A stretch of 64,000 nucleotides of DNA, from contig OX597817.1 in NCBI GenBank assembly GCA_951406725.2, positions 111,414,001-111,478,000 of the forward strand. The letters are read 5' to 3'. This DNA comes from Octopus vulgaris (lineage: Eukaryota). The notes under the pieces were generated by a model. It did not search any database and had not been told where the DNA came from. It saw only the letters and a list, made by a program, of their open reading frames with translations. Numbering within the stretch: the stretch's first letter is position 1; each line of letters begins with the position of its first letter. Made by a program: the position numbers and the translations under genes. This document shows, piece after piece, positions 1 to 12,003 of this stretch.

Positions 1-206
1 TGGCTCTGTAGTACAAATGTCTTGTTTGCAAAATTTCTGAATTAAAATCATCCACCAGACCTTAATCACAATCTATGTTCCTAACACTAGCTTAATGATA
101 ACTAAGTTACTTTACTAAATTCTTTGTTATATTTAAAATTAATTGGGAAAAAAAAAAAAAAAAAACACAGAGCATCTCAGCAGAAATATGGTAATGAAAG
201 GGTTAA
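1..206. mobile_element. piggyBac-type MITE, right end (truncated by window)
   Basis: Ends ...GGTAATGAAAGGG-TTAA; internal sequence is homologous to the 37883-38266 copy. Confidence 0.7.
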
Positions 207-210
207 AACA

Positions 211-427
211 ATGAGCTGGCAGAATAATTAGAACATTGGACAAAATGCTGAGCAGCATCTCTTCCAATCCTTTATGTTCTGAGTGCAAATCCTGCTGATG
301 TCAATTTTCCTTTCCATCCTTTCAGGAGTAATAAAATAAACTACCTCTGGAGGAACCAAATCAATTACACTGGGGTTAATGTAATTGATTTGTCTCCTCC
401 CCTCAAAATTGTTAACTTTGTACCAAA

Positions 428-459
<32 letters not shown>

Positions 460-852
460 GACGAGCAGGCAAAATGCTTAGCGGTATTTCATCTGCCATT
501 ATATTCTGAGTTCAAATTCTGCTGAGGTTGACTTTGCCTTTCATCCTTTCAGGGTCAATAAAATTTGTACCAGTTACACACTGATATCAATGTAATCAAC
601 TTATTCCCTTCCACTAGAAAGGATTGTTACTATTATTATTAAAAGGCTGCAAGCTGGCAGAATCGTTAGCATGCCAGATGAAATGCTTAGCAGTATTTCG
701 TCTGCCGTTACGTTCTGAGTTCAAATTCTGTCTTTCATTCTTTCGGGGTCGATAAATTAAGTACCAGTACTTGGGTCGATGTATTTGACTATTCCCCTCC
801 CCAAAATTTCAGGCCTTGTACCTATAGTAGAAAGGATCATTACTATTATTAT
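211..852 (+). mobile_element. Three head-to-tail tRNA-derived SINE copies (family A)
   Basis: Repeated GCTGGCAGAATCGTTAG...TTCTGAGTTCAAATTC...GCCTTTCATCCTTTCGGGGTCGATAAA...GGCCTTGT units with (ATT)n tails, at ~211-459, 459-640 and 644-852. Confidence 0.85.
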
Positions 853-1264
853 TAATCATGGCAGTGACATTCTCACTTCAATCCTGTGTTATTAATATAT
901 TTGGGAAAAACATGAAAGTCACAACTCAGTACTTCACACCTCAGAAAAATGTCAAATGTCACAGCTGCTAATAACATTATTACAGCTGACAGAGTAAATA
1001 GGACTTTAACTTATTGACAGGACACAGTTTGTATCTCATCACCAGCACTGACAGGACACTTGAACGCTTCATTTTCACTGGCCCATTTCTCCTAGCTGTA
1101 AATAGCTTCTAAAGAAAAATACAGCTAACAGTATCAGGAGCATCATTTAATTGAGGCAAGCGTACTGCTGAATATAAACAGTAAAGTTGCTTTAATTTGT
1201 TAGTATGGAAGGGCAGTCTCTGGACATCAATAGGGTTAATTATCTATCGCTCTAAAAAATATAT

Positions 1265-1445
1265 TCCATAATTAGTCATTTGATTCTAAATTGGCACAAG
1301 GAACAAATTCATAAAATATATGGTAATTTAAAATGACCTCAGTATGACTGGCTCTTATTTTATCAACTTTGGTGGGATAAAAAGCAACCTTGATTCTGGC
1401 TGGATTTGAACTCAGAACATAGAGAATATAAAAACTAAGCACTAC
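1265..1445 (-). mobile_element. SINE family A, degenerate
   Basis: Reverse-complement motifs GGCACAAGG and TTTGAACTCAGAAC. Confidence 0.6.
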
Positions 1446-1536
1446 AACTCCTTAGTTTGTTGCTCTACCACTTCACTACATTTGTTGTTGTTGTTGTTAC
1501 TATTATTATTATTATTATTATTATCATTATTATTAT

Positions 1537-1884
1537 GGCGAGCTAGCAGAACCGTTTGCATGCTGGGCAAAATGCTTAGCGACATTTCGACCATCTTTGC
1601 GATCTGATTATATATTCTGCTGAGGTCAATTTTGCTTTTCATCTCTTCAGGGTTGATAAATTAAGTACAAGTTAAAAACTGGGGTCGATTTAATTGACTA
1701 CCTATCTCGCCCAAAATTTCAGGCCTTACGCCTATAGTAGAAAGAATTATTATAAGGCGGTAAGCTGACAAAATGCTTAGGTGTATTTCACCTGTCACTA
1801 TGGGGTCAATGTAATCAACTAGTCCCCACTATCCCCCAAATTTCAGGCCTTGTGCCTTTAGTAGAAAGGGTTATTATTATTATT
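1537..1884 (+). mobile_element. Two more tandem SINE family A copies
   Basis: GGCGAGCTAGCAGAACCG head after the (TTG)/(TTA)n tract; the second copy is internally deleted. Confidence 0.8.
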
Positions 1885-2849
1885 GATGCTATGGAAAGGA
1901 TAGTAAATTGGTAGAAATAGGAAACCAGATTAGATATATAACAGTATTTGCACTGCTCCTTCTAGGCTCTGGGTTCAAATTTTGAGTTTATAAAATAGAC
2001 ACCTGTAGCTTAATGGGTTTGACTCAATCAGCAGTATTCTATGTTTTCAATAATTGAGTTAGTTTTGTATACAAAGTCATTCTAGTTGTTGTTGCAAATT
2101 ATGCCCTAATTTATCAAATGTCACAAACATTAGGTAAATCTCTTAATCTTGTTTCTGTTCTCATCTCTTTCTTGCTTTTGATTAAAGTAGGATCTCTTAT
2201 CACTGAGCAAATAGTTTACACATTTCTTTAATGACGTAAGAGGTTTTCTTTTGCACCAGTTGTACATTCTTACACTACTCACAGGTTAATCTTATCTTAC
2301 TCTAAATTCTATTATTAGAAAATTATTCCTTCTGCTCTTGATATTTTGTTTATACTTCATTTAGTCTTTAGAAGGAAGGTGGCAATTCTTGCAACTTTCT
2401 AACAGAATCCAATTATAGATACAATCTGGTCTTTATCGTATGATATATAATAGCCAAAACTCAATTCTGTTTGTTAAAAGAGTGAAGGGGAAAAATGGAG
2501 ATTTGGTAGTTTTGTTGATGCTTTTCAGTTGTACTGTCAACCAAAATGTTTTCCTGAGATACTCTGTTGGAAAACAAATTAGACCATTCCACTTGACAAA
2601 ATATACCATTTAGACTTTTAAGTAGAAGGCTACTTCTCTACATTCGAATTATCAGTTTTGGCCAGCTGTTATTTATGTCTAAATTATTATATAGAACTAC
2701 CACCCATGGAAATGTTGATAGTATTTTTTACAAGATTTAGTAGTTATTTACAATATCTTGTAGTATAAGAATAATAAGTGAAATGGTTATGTCTTTACAG
2801 GATATTGAGAAATGAGAAAATTTACCTTAACTGTAGATGTTTTGTTTTA

Positions 2850-3060
2850 CAAGCCAGCAAGGAAGCCTTTGTATAGTTACTTGACCCTCTAAAAATAGCA
2901 ACCAAATCTCCCTTAAATCACACTCTGACTTAATAAAAGGAAGGTTCATATAAAAGTAGTTACAGATATATGAGCTCTAAATAACCTGGAATGGTCATGG
3001 TTTGGATACCTTTGGCCATACATCTACTAGATTAGAGTTGATCTGAGGCTAAATAACATT
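2850..3060 (+). repeat. Interspersed repeat family E (other copies ~48270-48440 -, 51520-51710 -, 57495-57660 -, 62975-63140 +)
   Basis: Shared AAATAGCAGCCAAATCTCC...TCACAC and ...GGCTAAACAAC motifs across copies. Confidence 0.55.
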
Positions 3061-4371
3061 TGTTTTTAAAATCAAAGTTATTTTATGTGCAAAAACAGAC
3101 ATTTTGTACATAGATCTCATGTATGATGTACACATGAGTTAATTAATTTGCTAATGATCTCCTTTTGTAATTTAGCAATATAGTTTCCTGTTAGTAAGTC
3201 TGGAGCCTGTCATGGCAGTTGATCTATGGTAAATATGACATAATGAATAATTATTTGTCCGCTTTCAGTTTTATCTGGCTACTGGCCAAATTTAGTAGAG
3301 TTTAATACTTCAAAAATAACCTTCCTTCTATTAATGTAAACTAACTATAAAGTATCCTTATTATTTTATCATTCATTTGTATACTCATGCATGACATGGA
3401 TATGTCTGCAATAAATATCACATCATGCATTTCAAGTTTGCATCATCTCACTTAGGAAGCCCAATGTTTTCAGGTCTTATCTAGCCACTTCTTCCCAATA
3501 TGATATCAGGTTATACTTTTACATTTGGTATTTTTCACCATCAAATCACATCTTGTTACCAAGCCTCTGTAGTGTTGGTACCATAATAAATATGGACAGT
3601 CCATTCCATAAGGACAGATAAAACTGATATGGAAGACAGTTTCTCTGGTACTTTGAATACATTCAGTCCACTCAGTCCTGGTAGTCTGTATTAGGAAAGA
3701 TTTTCATAATTTTTGGTTTATGATCTAAACAATCCAGACATACACATATCTAATATGTACTTGTGTAATCTAGTACATATTAGATTTTTAATAAGTTGTT
3801 TTAAAGCCTGCATTTTACTTGTAAGAATATTTAAATATTAAGTATGACTCATTGCAGAATTAGTCATACAAATATCTGTCCTAAACAATAATAGAATGTG
3901 GCAAAAGTTGTTACTTTTACTATCAATTTATGGGTGAAGAAGTATGGTCTTTAAATGTAGCTCAGAAAACATTTCAATGTATTTATTCTCCATATTTCTT
4001 TTTTTTTTTTGTTAATTTACAAAGGAATTAATTGAGATTGAAGTTTAAAAGTTATTCACAAGTTACTGAGTTCTTATTTCCTGAATAACAATTCTATAAT
4101 AACGATTTCTTTTAAGGATTTTCTTTGCCATTTTCACCAGTTTTGTACTATCTGCAGCTATGTCAAATGATAAATATGCCAGCTGATTATTGCTTGTCAT
4201 TGGGTATACTTAACAAACCAAAGTATTTATTTCCAAATATTTTTAGTGGATATGTAATATAATTCTGTTTCCACAATACTTAGTAGTGTAGTCACTATTT
4301 ATAATAAGTTATACCTTAGTTTTTTTTTTGTGTGTGTGTGTGTGTGGGGGGGGTCACTTATTTTTTGTGCA

Positions 4372-4540
4372 TTATCTTTTACTTGTTTCAGTCATTAGAC
4401 TGCTGCCTTGCTGGGGCACCACCTTGAAGTTTTTAGTCAAATGAATCAACCCCAGTACTTAATTTTTTTAAAACCTAGTACTTATTCTATCGGTCTCTTT
4501 GGCTGAACTGCTAAGTTATAGGGTTGTAAACAAATCAACA
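4372..4540 (-). mobile_element. 3' fragment of SINE family B (type-II tail)
   Basis: CTTTTACTTGTTTCAGTCATTAGACTG...GTACTTATTCTATCGGTCTC matches the 23090 and 27375 copies. Confidence 0.75.
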
Positions 4541-5399
4541 TTTTATCTTTAATTACTAAAATTATTGGTTTCTTGGAATTGGGACATCATTGGAGTAAAA
4601 TGTATGTGCAAAATGATAGTGATGCTGAAACGAAAGAAGCATGAAAACTGTTGGAAATTTAATGGAAAACACATGTTAAACAAAAACCATATAAATTGTG
4701 CAATGCCCTTCATCATCTATACCAGTGAACTGTACTTTTTAGGTTCATATTTATAGTTCGGTAAATGGACCAGTGTGAGCCTTTTCTAGACACAGCGTAC
4801 CATAAAAGTGATATAAATATCTTTCAACCGGTGAACTTATATCAATTCAGCCAGTTGCATGCAGCTCTCTGCTTTAAGTCTTTCAGTATCAACCTGCCTG
4901 AGACTATTGTTCCATTACAGTTTCAGATATGTTCCAAAAACCAACTTAATAATGGAAAAAATTAATTTACTAAAATCTCTTCAAATTTTTGGTTATTTTA
5001 AAACTTATTTGCAGTATAGACAATATATTTTAAGTGAAATATATTCGTGAAAAGGTTAATCAATCAAAATAGGGTATTATATTAGTTACATTCTGTGTGT
5101 TATTTATAGCAATGAAATATTCATTGTAAGCAAAGGTTTAAGTTTCTGAATTTCTCCAACCCTTGAAAATATTGGCAACAATATGTAAAATTATGAAGAT
5201 GACATTCTTAGCTCTTATTATGTTCCAATAGTAATGGTCGGTATTTCTTGAAACAGTGTTAGACAGAATGAGCTCTAATGAATCATTTAATAGAGAAAAG
5301 TCTGTAATTGCTAAATTAACCAAAGCAATCTCGTCTACTGGAAGTTAATAATGTGTTTGTGCATGTATATGTGATTGTGTTTTGAGCTTAATGTAAAGT

Positions 5400-6204
5400 G
5401 GTGTTACTTTTTAAGGAAAAGTAATAATTACAGTCTGCACGCTGTATTTTTGTATTTCTCTGTGAATTTTCCTGAAAGACAATGAAACATTAATTTTCTA
5501 ATTATTTTATGTTGCAAGAAAAAAAATCACATACTCATTCTCTTTCACATCCCCACTTTTCGTTTCTTCCCATCTCTCTCTCTCTCTTTCTCAACAGCTC
5601 ACTTCTCATATTGATATATTTCTTTTCTCTCTCACACATATAAATCTTTTTTCATTGTTTTTCCTCTTTCCATTTCCTGTTTCAGGCTCACACTTTCTCT
5701 CCTTGATACGCTTATTCTCACTTCCCTCTCGTGTTTTCAAAACACACGCACACACACACATTCTTGCATGCACTTTTAAACCAAGCCGGTTGTTTGTAAT
5801 ACATAATAAAGTAGTGATGTTTGTAAATAAGTTAGGACGGATATAAGGGAGTGTAACATTCTTAATAGACATTGCAGCCAAAATAAAAACAATGGAGTAT
5901 TCGTTAATGTTCACTGCTTTTCTTAAGCCCAGTTGATAGAATAGGGACCTGGAATTGCTTTCAGTGTGGTAGTTTTATATTGAAGACATTCATAAAACTA
6001 AATATTATCTATCTCTACTCTTTAGGACATGTTTTTAGTATCAGTGTAAGCCTTTATTTCCATCTATGATGTTAAGCCAAAGTATGCTTTTAATCAGTTA
6101 CTAAATCTGCTCAATACTGATGGATTTGTGTTGACATATAAAGTATTGTGAGTGTAACATTGTATTTGAATATTACCTTTAATGCCAAGCTAATTGTTTT
6201 AATA
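5400..6204 (+). promoter_or_regulatory. Putative promoter/5'UTR of the short isoform
   Basis: TE-free stretch with CT-rich and CA tracts and scattered CpGs, directly upstream of the ATG exon; inference only. Confidence 0.3.
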
Positions 6205-6268
6205 ATGGCTGCGGTACCAAAGACTCATGGTACTTTGTGGCGACGTCTCTTTGTTCGAAAGTCTACAG
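6205..6268 (+). CDS. ARHGEF9: Putative first coding exon ([22 protein letters not shown])
   Basis: ATAATGG start context; CAG|GTAAAA donor; the phase-1 end fits the next exon. No homology support is visible. Confidence 0.55.
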
Positions 6269-9200
6269 GTAAAAAAAAACTATTACTTCACTATTTGTCT
6301 CTTATATATTGTTGTATGAAAGTATTTTTGTTTTGTTGTTATCCTTCTATAATTTCTCTGGCTGTAACTATTAAAGAAAGTAATTGATGCTGTATTTTTT
6401 AATCGCAATAGATTTTCAGTCAATTCTATCAAAGATCTTATGGTTAATTTTTCTTCTAGATCTCTCTAAGTTGCTAACAAATCAGTATATCATTATCAAA
6501 GCCATTTTCTGAACATTAAAGTATGTGAGCCCTCCCTTTGGCAGTTGAAACAATTATGGACTTGCATTTTGTCTTAAAAGAAAACAACATGAAACTAATG
6601 CTTATGGTTTCACAATAAAGGGTATCTTACTAAGTCTCCCAGCCCACTTCAGACATTCATAATATTTTTTCTAAACCTAAAATACTTTAATCAGGTTATC
6701 ACGAGCAACTAATATTCTATTTATTATATGATATAAAACTCTTAGTCTATTTGTTATAAGATATAATCACTATAACTGTTTCCTGGTGAAGGGAATCAAC
6801 TTCATCTCCAACAGTTTTGAATTATTTATACATCTTATTTTCTTCAGTTGGTGTTGGCATGTGTTGTTTAGACAGTGTAAATATTTTATATTACCTATTA
6901 TAGTTAGACATGCATATAGTGTGTATTTCTAAGACAGTGCCATTCAATTCAGCTTTGTCTAGAAAACATCCTTAAACATGCCTAGGTTAGAGTATGTATA
7001 TCCATGTTCATTAATTCTTATAAAGTACACTGTTATATTGGAAACGAAAGTTTGTGGGTTTGTTTTACATTTTTAAAAATATTATTATTCTGTTTTGAGA
7101 CATTAATCTATCTGTGTGCATTTTTGTAGTGTTTTGTTCTCTCCAATGTGTATAATTCATTAAGGTAATAACTAAATACGTTGATTTTTCTTGTGATTTC
7201 AGGAAGTGATCCACTTTCTGACTTGCTTTCTCAGCACTCAACAAATGACGATTCTTCAGACGAATCAGAAGTCTCAATGGATTACAGTTTACCAGACAAG
7301 TGTCACAGCACCCGAACGTCACAGTTGGGGCTGGCTCCACTCGATGAGGTAATTAATATACTTACACTAAATAACTCTACTAATTGCATACACTGTAAAA
7401 CCCTGTTTTCAATTAGGATGCCATAGCAGCTATGCAGGTTATTTCTGACTATATTTTGGGTTGTTGTAACAGCTTAAAAATGTTTTAACTATTATCTTGG
7501 TCGACTTTTCCTTTCATCTTTTTGATAAGTACCAGTTGTGAGCACTGGGGTTGATGTAAATACTAGCCTCTCCCCACAAAAGTTTCAGGCCTTGTGTTTA
7601 TTGAAGAAAGAATTATCTTGGAACATGGGTGAAATGAGAATTAACTTTTAAAGGTTTTAAATGGAAATTGACTAGAGGTGATAACAAATATAATATATTA
7701 TTTCAGAGTGATGTCTTTAATGACTGTAAAACTAAATCCATATAAAAAAAATAGTGAAATTTTCAAATCTCTTTCCCTTTTTTTTTTAATATGTATCATA
7801 AAATTTCCCCTTTTCTATAAAAAAAAATTGGTTTGCAAATTTGAGTTTACAAAGAAAAGTATATTTTATATGAATATCTATAATTGAAGAGTTGCATTTG
7901 GAGCCTTATGAAGAAGCTTTTCAGTCTGAAGGATGAAAAGCTTTTATATATGTATATATATATAAACTTAGATAAACTTAGATGTGTTTCGACCAATGAT
8001 TGGTCCAGGCCATGTCTAACTTAATAGCTATATATATATATATTATATATAGAGATATATGTAGAAAGTGTTGTTAGATACAACCAATCAGTGATTTGCT
8101 ACAGGTTAAACAATCCTTTGTTTGAAATATATTAGTGTTTAAGTAAGAAGATGCAACTGTTAGGGAAGCTCAATATGGTGATATTGCTAAATCATAAACC
8201 CTAACAGTCACTAGCAAGTGAGTATGACTTGGTAGCATTTACCATGCTTTTGCTAATTGTTTTAGGTGAACATATTGTCCCACTTGACTATATGTCTGCC
8301 TGTTTTCTATTTTGTGAGCTCCCTTTATTAAAATATTTGTTGTACTTTCCCAAAATCAATCAATCAGTATAATCACTCTATTGATAAAGCAAAGGCACTG
8401 TTTGTTATGCTATGGTCGGGTATCTCAAAGAGTCAGTAACTGCTCAGGCTTACTGACTCAGAAAATTTAGTTTGAAGTGCTGAATGATAGTATTTTATAC
8501 TGTGCTATTATTTATAAAGTCTTGAGAACAACTTGCTGGAAGAAACTGTTCTTATCTATATCGACACTATAATTGCTGTATAGTAATTTCATAGGAAATG
8601 TCTCGTATGTTAACAAGTGCTGTAGGTTTTTTGAAAACAGGATGTGTGCGTTCATGAGTGAGGGTCATAATAAAACTGTTCAAAGTAACCTTACTACAAC
8701 TGAATTTTATATATTTGAATTAAATTTAAAAGGAAAATGATTATTCGAATACTCAGACAGAGAGAGAGAGAGAGAGAGAATGTTTTATGATGTGGGCAAA
8801 ATGTGAAAGATTTTGATTAAAAAACAAAAATACTTTTAATAAGTACAGTGACGATGTTGATGTTATTGATATCATTATATAAGTTAGTTGTTTCAACTAA
8901 TTATCAGCACATCTGGAACTTAATTATGTAAAGTTTGATGTGTATGCATGTATGAATGTGTGTTTGTATTTACATGGATATTCCAAGGTGACTGTACTAT
9001 CAATATAGAGTTACACCAATGGTAAATGCTCAGTTGTTATTTTCAAAATTGCTTTAAAGTAATCACTTTGACATTTATACATGCACATATGATGTAAACC
9101 CACACATATGATGTAAACCCACACATATGATATTGAGAAAGGCAAGAAACTGGGCAATTCAAATTGAGTACTGATGCTGTCTTGTCTTTCTTGTCATCAT

Positions 9201-11963
9201 AAATGCTGTAATCCATTGATTACTATTGTTCACAGAAATTATGAACTAAAATTGTAAAAGTATGACAAAATAATATTAGAGTTTACCATGTTATAATGTT
9301 CATGACTGTAGTCTAATATCCATTGTAACTCATTTATTAAACATGTGTTTTCTACTGGATAAAATAACTAACGAAGGTTTTAATTTCTACTGAATAAGAT
9401 GAAGTGAGTAACCAAAGAAAAAAAAAGCTTCAGAATTTGTAAGCCATATTTTATTTATATGGAAATAAGAAAAGCATTCAGTTGTAGAACCCATGACAGA
9501 GCAGACAGTGGAATGTGATGCAGTCCTTGGGCCAATCGAATCCTGTCAAACCATCCAACCCATGCCAGCATGGAACATCAGCGTCAAATGATGATGCTAA
9601 TGATAATTTTTTTTATTGTGCAAACATGCTGGTTAAGACATTAATGAAGCAACACCATGTGTTGATTTGCTGCAATTTTATGAGAAAAGTTTAAAAGGTT
9701 TTCTTTCTTTCTTTCTCATAAATCATATAAAGAACAACTCAATGTCTGTAACTCTTGTATTATTTTGCATGGATAGTTTTGTCTTTGTTAAATAACTAAA
9801 TAATTGTTGACATTTATTATTTTTATTTTTAAATATTTTCCAAATTTTTGATATATTGTTAACATTTTGAAGCAGTATCTCTGCAAGACATCTAAGAAGA
9901 TGTAATAATTAAGTATACAAAATGGCATATAAATGGTTTTACCATTTACAATTATGTGTTCTTGTATTTACACACAAATGGCTATGTGGTTAAGAAGTTC
10001 ACTTCCCAGCTGCATACTTTCAAGTTCAATTCCACTGTTTTGCACCTTCAAGTACTCCGGTGTATCATAGCTTGGGCTGATCAAAGCCTTGTGGGTTCGT
10101 GCCAAATACCTTGTGGGATTTGGCTTCATGGAAACTGAAAAAAAGCCTGTCTTAGGTGTGTTTGTTCACATTTGAATTTCTCTGAAGATCAGTAAATTAC
10201 AAGTAGTGAAGTTTGTTGTCTTATCAGTTATCAACAAAGCCTCCACTGGCTTTGTACCTTCAGAGACATAATAAGAGATCCTTCTGTTGAAAAACAAGTA
10301 AGGATTAGCAATCAGAAGGGCATCTTGTTGTACATGTCTCAATATGTTCATCTAACCCATGCAAGCATGGAAAAATAGACATAAACGCAATATGTGTATG
10401 TATTGTGAAAAACAATCAACTCTTGTGTGTGTGGTTATTGCTACCAGATTTTTTATACTTTTCTATTACCGTGAGGGTCAGCTGAAAGGTTCATAGGCTG
10501 ACCAAAATACTGTCATCGAATCTGACCAAATGAGGTTATTTTTCAACATAATCTTCCTTGCAGTTCATGCATTTCTTCTATTAGTGTTGCAGTGATTGAA
10601 TCTCATTGGTGAAAAAGCTTTCATCCTGTTGGTCAAAAAAGTCATCAATGACATATATGACATCATCATCATCATCATCATCATCACTGCAATACTGGTT
10701 CCCAGTCAAGTGTTTTCTCATGTTGAGGAACAGATGGTAGTCAGATGAGCCCAAATCAAAATAGGAATGGTGATCAACCAATTCAAAGCCACAGTCATGC
10801 TGAGCAGCCATTGAAACCAAGCACTTGTATGCTGGAGCATTGTCCTGACGAAACAAGACCTCTTTTCTGAGCATTTGGTCTTGATAGCCTTTCATAACTA
10901 CTCAGCAAGTTGGCATAGGACTGTCCATTGATGGTTTGGCCCTTTTGAAGATAGTCAATAAACACAGTGTTTTTTGCTTCCGAAAAACAGGCCATTTCCC
11001 TCCTTGCAGATGAAATGACCTTGGCCTTCTTTGGAGCATATAAGGAGGGGTATTTCCACTGTATGGATTGTCTCTTAGTCTTTGGCTCAACACATATCTT
11101 GGGTTAAGAACTGTTCAGCCTGGTGTGCTTTTGATAAGGTGTCAGAAAACATGGCACCCACCAAACAGAAACTTCCCTCATGCCAAGTTCATTGTGCAAA
11201 ATATTCTCAACTTTTTTTATGGGATATGCTTTTTTGATTTATAGTCAATTACCTGTCATCCATCAGCATGTGGTGAATATGATCAATGTTTTCTTTGGTG
11301 GTGCCAGTTGCAGGATGTCCAGATCTTGGATCATCTTCAAACCCGTCTCCTAAATTCAGTTGACCGTTTTTGCACTGTTGACAAAGCTTGAGTGTCATCC
11401 TCTAATGTAGCAATCATGTCAGCATGAATGTCATTGGGGCCTAAAGCCTTTTTCTGCAGGTACTTGTTCAATTTCAAGAGAAGTCACTACTAGTTACATT
11501 TGAAGTGTTCTTTGAACAGTCAGATGTCATTTCATGTGGAAAGGAACAATGAAGTTATTAATAAGAAGAGTTGAAATTAATGCATGCAAGATTCAACAGC
11601 TCTAGCATCACTCCTTTAGAGTTTGCCTGTGAACACTTCAGCTGACACTCATGTTACAAACAACTTTATAGTGGGGACTGAGTGCATTTTATCTCTAGAT
11701 TGTTCATGCAGGAAGACTGAAGAATCCCCACTCTATAATAATATTCTAAGTTTTTAGTGCAGTTCAGAAGTGGTTAATAAAATGGAAGGCTTTTCTCTGG
11801 GTGTAAATGTGTGTGTGTATATATATATATATATACATGTATATATGTATATATATATATATGAGAGAAAGAGGGAGGACTGTTACATGCCCTCCCTCAT
11901 ATATGTTTGTCTCTATGTGTGTGTGTGTGTATGTATATATGTACATATGTGTATGTATGTATA

Positions 11964-12003
<40 letters not shown>

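Noticed and set aside
9084-9131. Short direct repeats (19 bp x2.5; similar at ~19590-19633, 46500-46541, 61241-61293)
   Set aside because: Local slippage duplications without unique spacers; not CRISPR-like.
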